64,000 nucleotides of DNA, from contig CAWFXA010000003.1 in the NCBI GenBank assembly GCA_963819655.1, positions 864,001 through 928,000 of the forward strand, in the 5' to 3' direction. The notes below the pieces were generated by a model that did no database searches, was not told where the DNA came from, and saw only the letters and a list, made by a program, of their open reading frames with translations. Position 1 is the first letter of the stretch. Each line of letters opens with the position of its first letter. This document shows, piece by piece, positions 60,023 to 64,000 of the stretch. Position numbers and translations under genes: made by a program. This stretch comes from an uncultured Chloroflexia bacterium (GTDB lineage Bacteria > Chloroflexota > Limnocylindria > Limnocylindrales > CSP1-4).

Positions 60023-60165
60023 GCCCCTCGGCAGTGGCGCGACCCACGTGGCCGCGCTCGACGAGTATGGCGAGGCGACATCCCGAAACCGTTCCGTCTC
60101 GGGCCTCGCGGCTCCGGAGCTGGCGGCTCGGGAGCCCGCGACTCTGCGCCGCTAGACTCCCTCGG

Positions 60166-61059
60166 ATGCGGATCGGCGTGACGCTCCCCCTGTCCGACGG
60201 TGACACGTCCGATGGGCACGCGCCCACCTTCCAGGAGACGAGCGCCTTCGCCCGACATGCCGAGGCGGCCGCTCTCGATTCCATCTGGGTCTTCGACCAC
60301 CTGCTGTTCCGCTATCCCGGCCGACCGGACGAGGGCATCCGCGAGGCGTGGACGTCGCTCGCGGCGCTCGCCCCGGTCGTGCCGCGCGTCGAGCTCGGCT
60401 CGCTCGTGATGTGCTCGTCATTCCGGAACCCGGCGTTGATGGCGAAGATGGCGGCGACCCTGGACGACCTGTCGGGCGGCCGCGTGATCCTCGGCCTCGG
60501 GTCGGGCTGGCACGACCCGGAATACGAGGCGTTCGGGTACCCGCTCGACCACCGCGTCGGACGGTTCGCCGAGGACCTCGAGATCGCCGCGCGCCTGCTG
60601 CGCGGCGAGACGGTCAGCGTGGCGGGGCGGTGGCGCACGATGACCGGCGCCGCCCTCGTCCCACCGCCGTCACGGACCGTCCCGATCCTCGTCGCGGCCG
60701 AAGGCCCGCGCATGCTGGCGTTGACCGCGGCCTGGGCGGACGCCTGGAACGCTGCGTGGTTCGGCGCGGTGGACGGCCGGATGCGGTCGCTGCTCGCGAG
60801 CCTGGATGCCGCGTGCGCGGAGATCGGTCGCGACCCTGCGACGCTCAGGCGAACGGTCGGCATCCGACTGCACGACCCGGGCGAGGGCCACGGCGATCGC
60901 ACGGGCCTGGCTGTCGATGCCGATGGCCTGGCCGGCCTCTTCGACGACCTCGCGGCAGTCGGCATCGACGACGCGATCGTCTGGTCGCTCTCGAAATCTG
61001 CGGCGGCGCTCGACCGGATCGCGGATGCCCGGCGCCTGCACCTGGGCGAGGCCGGGTGA
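60166..61059 (+). CDS. LLM class flavin-dependent oxidoreductase
   Basis: SIWVFDH, RNPALMAKMAATLDDLSGGRVILGLGSGW, PILVA..GPRML. Confidence 0.9.
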   Translation: MRIGVTLPLSDGDTSDGHAPTFQETSAFARHAEAAALDSIWVFDHLLFRYPGRPDEGIREAWTSLAALAPVVPRVELGSLVMCSSFRNPALMAKMAATLDDLSGGRVILGLGSGWHDPEYEAFGYPLDHRVGRFAEDLEIAARLLRGETVSVAGRWRTMTGAALVPPPSRTVPILVAAEGPRMLALTAAWADAWNAAWFGAVDGRMRSLLASLDAACAEIGRDPATLRRTVGIRLHDPGEGHGDRTGLAVDADGLAGLFDDLAAVGIDDAIVWSLSKSAAALDRIADARRLHLGEAG

Positions 61060-61087
61060 GGGCGCGCCGCTCGGCTACGATGCGTCG

Positions 61088-62266
61088 GTGAAGCTGCAGG
61101 AGGCCGACGCCAAGACCCTTCTCGTCGCCCAGGGTCTGCCGGTCCCGGACTGGGCCGTGGCGTACACCCCCGCTGAGGCTCGAGCTGCAGCCGACCGCTT
61201 CCTGTCTCAGGGCTCGGCGAACGTGGTGATCAAGGCCCAGGTCCTGGTCGGCGGGCGGGGCAAGGCGGGTGGGGTCAAGCTCGCCGGTTCGCCTGAGGAG
61301 GCGGCGGCTGTCGCCGACCAGATCCTCGGCATGGACATCAAGGGGATGACGGTCCGCAAGGTCCTCGTCGGACCGGCGGCGGACATCGTCAAGGAGTTCT
61401 ACCTGGCGGCGCTCGTCGATCGGGCCGAGCGCCGGATCCTTCTCATGGGCTCGGCCGAGGGTGGGGTCGAGATCGAACACGTGGCTGAGACGAACCCGGA
61501 GGCCATCGTCCGACGCCACGCCAATCCGCAGCTCGGCCTGCTCGACTTCCAGGCGCGTGAGCTGGCTTTCGCGATGGGCCTCGGTGGTCAGCTCAAGGCG
61601 GCCGTCGCGATAGCCAAGGGTCTGGTCCGGACGATGACGGCCTACGACGCCGACCTCGTCGAGATCAATCCCCTGGCCATCGTCCGCGAGCCGGGCATAC
61701 AACCAGGTGAGGCCCCGGTCGAGCGCCTCGTCTGCCTCGACGCGAAGGTGACGATCGACGATTCGGCCATCGCGCGCCATCCGGGCCTCGAAGACCTGCG
61801 CGACCCCGACGAGGAGGCGCCCGAGGACCGCGAGGCACGCGAGGCCGGGCTGACGTTCATCAAGCTCGACGGGACGATCGGCTGCATGGTGAACGGCGCC
61901 GGCCTCGCCATGACGACGATGGACCTCGTCAAGCGAGCGGGCGGCGAGCCGGCGAACTTCCTCGACATCGGCGGTGGCGCACGACACGAGAAGGTCGCCC
62001 ACGCGATGCGGCTGATCCTGTCCGACCCGAAGGTCGTCGCGATCCTCGTCAACATCTTCGGTGGGATCACCCGTGGCGACGAGGTCGCCCGGGGCCTGAT
62101 CGAGGCCCGCGCCCAACAGACACGCGAGGTGCCGATGGTCGTGCGGATCGTCGGGACGAATGCGGCGGAGGCAGCCGCCCTGCTCGAGGAGGCGCGCTTC
62201 CAGACGGCTGCCACGCTCGACGATGCCGCGGCCAAGGCGGTCGCGGCCTCGCGCGGCTCCGCGTGA
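61088..62266 (+). CDS. sucC: succinyl-CoA synthetase beta subunit
   Basis: [50 protein letters not shown]. Confidence 0.95.
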   Translation: MKLQEADAKTLLVAQGLPVPDWAVAYTPAEARAAADRFLSQGSANVVIKAQVLVGGRGKAGGVKLAGSPEEAAAVADQILGMDIKGMTVRKVLVGPAADIVKEFYLAALVDRAERRILLMGSAEGGVEIEHVAETNPEAIVRRHANPQLGLLDFQARELAFAMGLGGQLKAAVAIAKGLVRTMTAYDADLVEINPLAIVREPGIQPGEAPVERLVCLDAKVTIDDSAIARHPGLEDLRDPDEEAPEDREAREAGLTFIKLDGTIGCMVNGAGLAMTTMDLVKRAGGEPANFLDIGGGARHEKVAHAMRLILSDPKVVAILVNIFGGITRGDEVARGLIEARAQQTREVPMVVRIVGTNAAEAAALLEEARFQTAATLDDAAAKAVAASRGSA

Positions 62267-63150
62267 GCGTCCTCGTCGGGCGCGAGACCCGCCTCGTCGT
62301 CCAGGGCATCACGGGGCGCGAGGGCGAGTTCCATGCGCGGGCCTGCCAGGCTTATGGCACCCAGGTTGTCGCCGGCGTCACGCCCGGCAAGGGCGGCCAG
62401 GTCGCGCTCGACGGCACGGTCCCGGTGTTCGACACCGTCGTCGAAGCTATCCGCGAGACGGGCGCGGACACGTCACTGATCTTCGTTCCCGCGGCTGGGG
62501 CACCGGACGCGGTCATGGAGGCCGCGGTGGCCGGCATCGACACGATCTTCTGCATCACCGAGGGCATCCCGGCGCTCGACATGATTCCCGCGGTCGAGCT
62601 GGTCCGCAGCCATGGCGCCCGCCTGATCGGACCGAACTGTCCCGGCGCCACGTCACCGGGCCGGGCCAAGGTGGGCATCATCCCGGGCTCGATCCACCGC
62701 GAGGGCCGGGTCGGGGTGGTGAGCCGCTCGGGCACGCTGACGTACGAAGCGGTCCAGGCGATGACGGATGCCGGGCTCGGCCAGTCGACCTGCGTCGGGA
62801 TCGGCGGTGACCCCATCATCGGGACGACCTTCCTGGATGCGCTCCAGCTGTTCGCCGCCGACGATGAGACAGACGCGATCGTGCTGATCGGCGAGATCGG
62901 CGGAGCGGCGGAGGAGACGGCCGCCGCGTGGGCCGGCGAACACCTCCGGGATGTCCCGAAGGCGGCGTTCATCGCCGGCCAGACCGCCCCGGAGGGGAAG
63001 CGCATGGGCCATGCCGGCGCGATCATATCGGGTGGCGCGGGCACGGCGGCATCGAAGATGGCGGCGCTCGAAGCGGCTGGGTTCCGGGTCGCGGGATCCC
63101 CGACCGAGCTGCCCGCGCTTCTGCGCGACGCCGGGTACCGGGGCGCGTGA
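62263..63150 (+). CDS. sucD: succinyl-CoA synthetase alpha subunit
   Basis: [28 protein letters not shown], phospho-His motif MGHAGA. Confidence 0.96.
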   Translation: MSVLVGRETRLVVQGITGREGEFHARACQAYGTQVVAGVTPGKGGQVALDGTVPVFDTVVEAIRETGADTSLIFVPAAGAPDAVMEAAVAGIDTIFCITEGIPALDMIPAVELVRSHGARLIGPNCPGATSPGRAKVGIIPGSIHREGRVGVVSRSGTLTYEAVQAMTDAGLGQSTCVGIGGDPIIGTTFLDALQLFAADDETDAIVLIGEIGGAAEETAAAWAGEHLRDVPKAAFIAGQTAPEGKRMGHAGAIISGGAGTAASKMAALEAAGFRVAGSPTELPALLRDAGYRGA

Positions 63151-63151
63151 C

Positions 63152-63619
63152 GTGGCGACGCGCATGGAGCTCGTCGCCGGGCCCGCCGAGGAGATCCTGA
63201 TCGCCGTCGGCACCGGCGACCGCGCCAGCTTCGACGACCGCGGCCGGTTCCCCGCCTACCTCTCGCTGAGCGGCGGGATGGACCCGACGTGGCTCGACCT
63301 CTTCGCGGAGGCGGCCCGCTCCGCCACCGATCGCGATGTGCCACCGGACCTCATCGACGCTCGCATCGAGCTCGGCCCGGCAGACGATCGCGCGCTGACC
63401 GTCGAGCGGGTCGATCCGGGCTGGATCTCCGCTGTGGCTGCCGTCCCTGACGCTGTCCTCGACGCGCTGGCGGGGCGCTGGATCGACCGTCTCGAGGAGG
63501 AGTTCGGCGACCTGCCGCGCGACGAGAAACCGTGGATCCGCGAGCTGGCCGGCCGGGTCGTGGCGTTCTGCCGGGATGCCGACCAGGCGCCAGACGTCGT
63601 CTTCGTGTGGGGGCTGTGA
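63152..63619 (+). CDS. hypothetical protein
   Basis: The ORF fills the gap between sucD and the next gene with 1-nt spacing on each side; GC3-biased codons. Confidence 0.7.
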   Translation: MATRMELVAGPAEEILIAVGTGDRASFDDRGRFPAYLSLSGGMDPTWLDLFAEAARSATDRDVPPDLIDARIELGPADDRALTVERVDPGWISAVAAVPDAVLDALAGRWIDRLEEEFGDLPRDEKPWIRELAGRVVAFCRDADQAPDVVFVWGL

Positions 63620-63620
63620 G

Positions 63621-64000
63621 ATGAGCGAACGGAAAGACCTCGAGGCTTCCTTCGCCTCGAACCAGCGCCTATGGGACGCGTGGACGAAGGTGCACGCCGA
63701 GGGCGAGTTCTACGACGTGGCCGGCTTCCGCGAGGGTGGCGTGCGCGTCCGGCCATACGAGATCGCGGCGATCGGCGACGTCACGGGCAAGAGCCTTCTC
63801 CACCTGCAGTGCCATTTCGGCCTCGACACGCTGTCGTGGGCTCGGCTGGGCGCACAAGTCACCGGGGTCGACTTCTCCTCGGCCTCGATCGGGCTCGCCC
63901 GCGAGCTCGCCGCGGACCTTGGCATCGCGGACGCGCGTTTCATCGAGTCGAATATCTACCAGCTGCCCATGCGGCTCGGGGACGAGTTCGACATCGTCTA
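63621..64000 (+). CDS. class I SAM-dependent methyltransferase (runs off the window)
   Basis: Read by hand: MSERKDLEASFASNQRLWDAW..GKSLLHLQCHFGLDTLSWARLGAQVTGVDFS. Confidence 0.88.
   Translation, partial: MSERKDLEASFASNQRLWDAWTKVHAEGEFYDVAGFREGGVRVRPYEIAAIGDVTGKSLLHLQCHFGLDTLSWARLGAQVTGVDFSSASIGLARELAADLGIADARFIESNIYQLPMRLGDEFDIV

Overview
A high-GC, gene-dense core-genome window, most consistent with a monoderm Chloroflexota/Actinobacteria-like organism. This taxonomy is an inference from lipoprotein solute-binding proteins, a LysM protein, an Sdh1-type succinate dehydrogenase and apparent leaderless starts. From left to right: an ECF transporter (T, A, A', a small 2-TM protein, S); rsmI; a split NAD synthetase (CN-hydrolase + nadE); two convergent peptide ABC operons; the glycine cleavage system (gcvPB carries a +1 frameshift); a NUDIX hydrolase; a DUF2520 protein; aconitase; an MFS transporter; tRNA-Val(CAC); yggS (frameshifted)-yggT-yggU; the dcw cluster from mraZ to ftsZ (no murE or murC, with extra genes inserted); a LysM membrane protein; RNase P RNA; RNase HI; icd-sdh; an ECF sigma/anti-sigma pair; an LLM oxidoreductase; sucCD; and a methyltransferase. 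No mobile elements, CRISPR arrays or rRNA genes were seen. The most notable finding is that both tandem DppA-like binding proteins appear circularly permuted, with 8 shared cysteines, and one has a charge-reversed ligand site. Also notable are two structured intergenic regions that may be ncRNAs (about 29.55-29.9 kb and 49.7-50.0 kb) and an unknown small gene with a strong RBS between rsmH and ftsL. Start codons were chosen by eye and no database searches were run.
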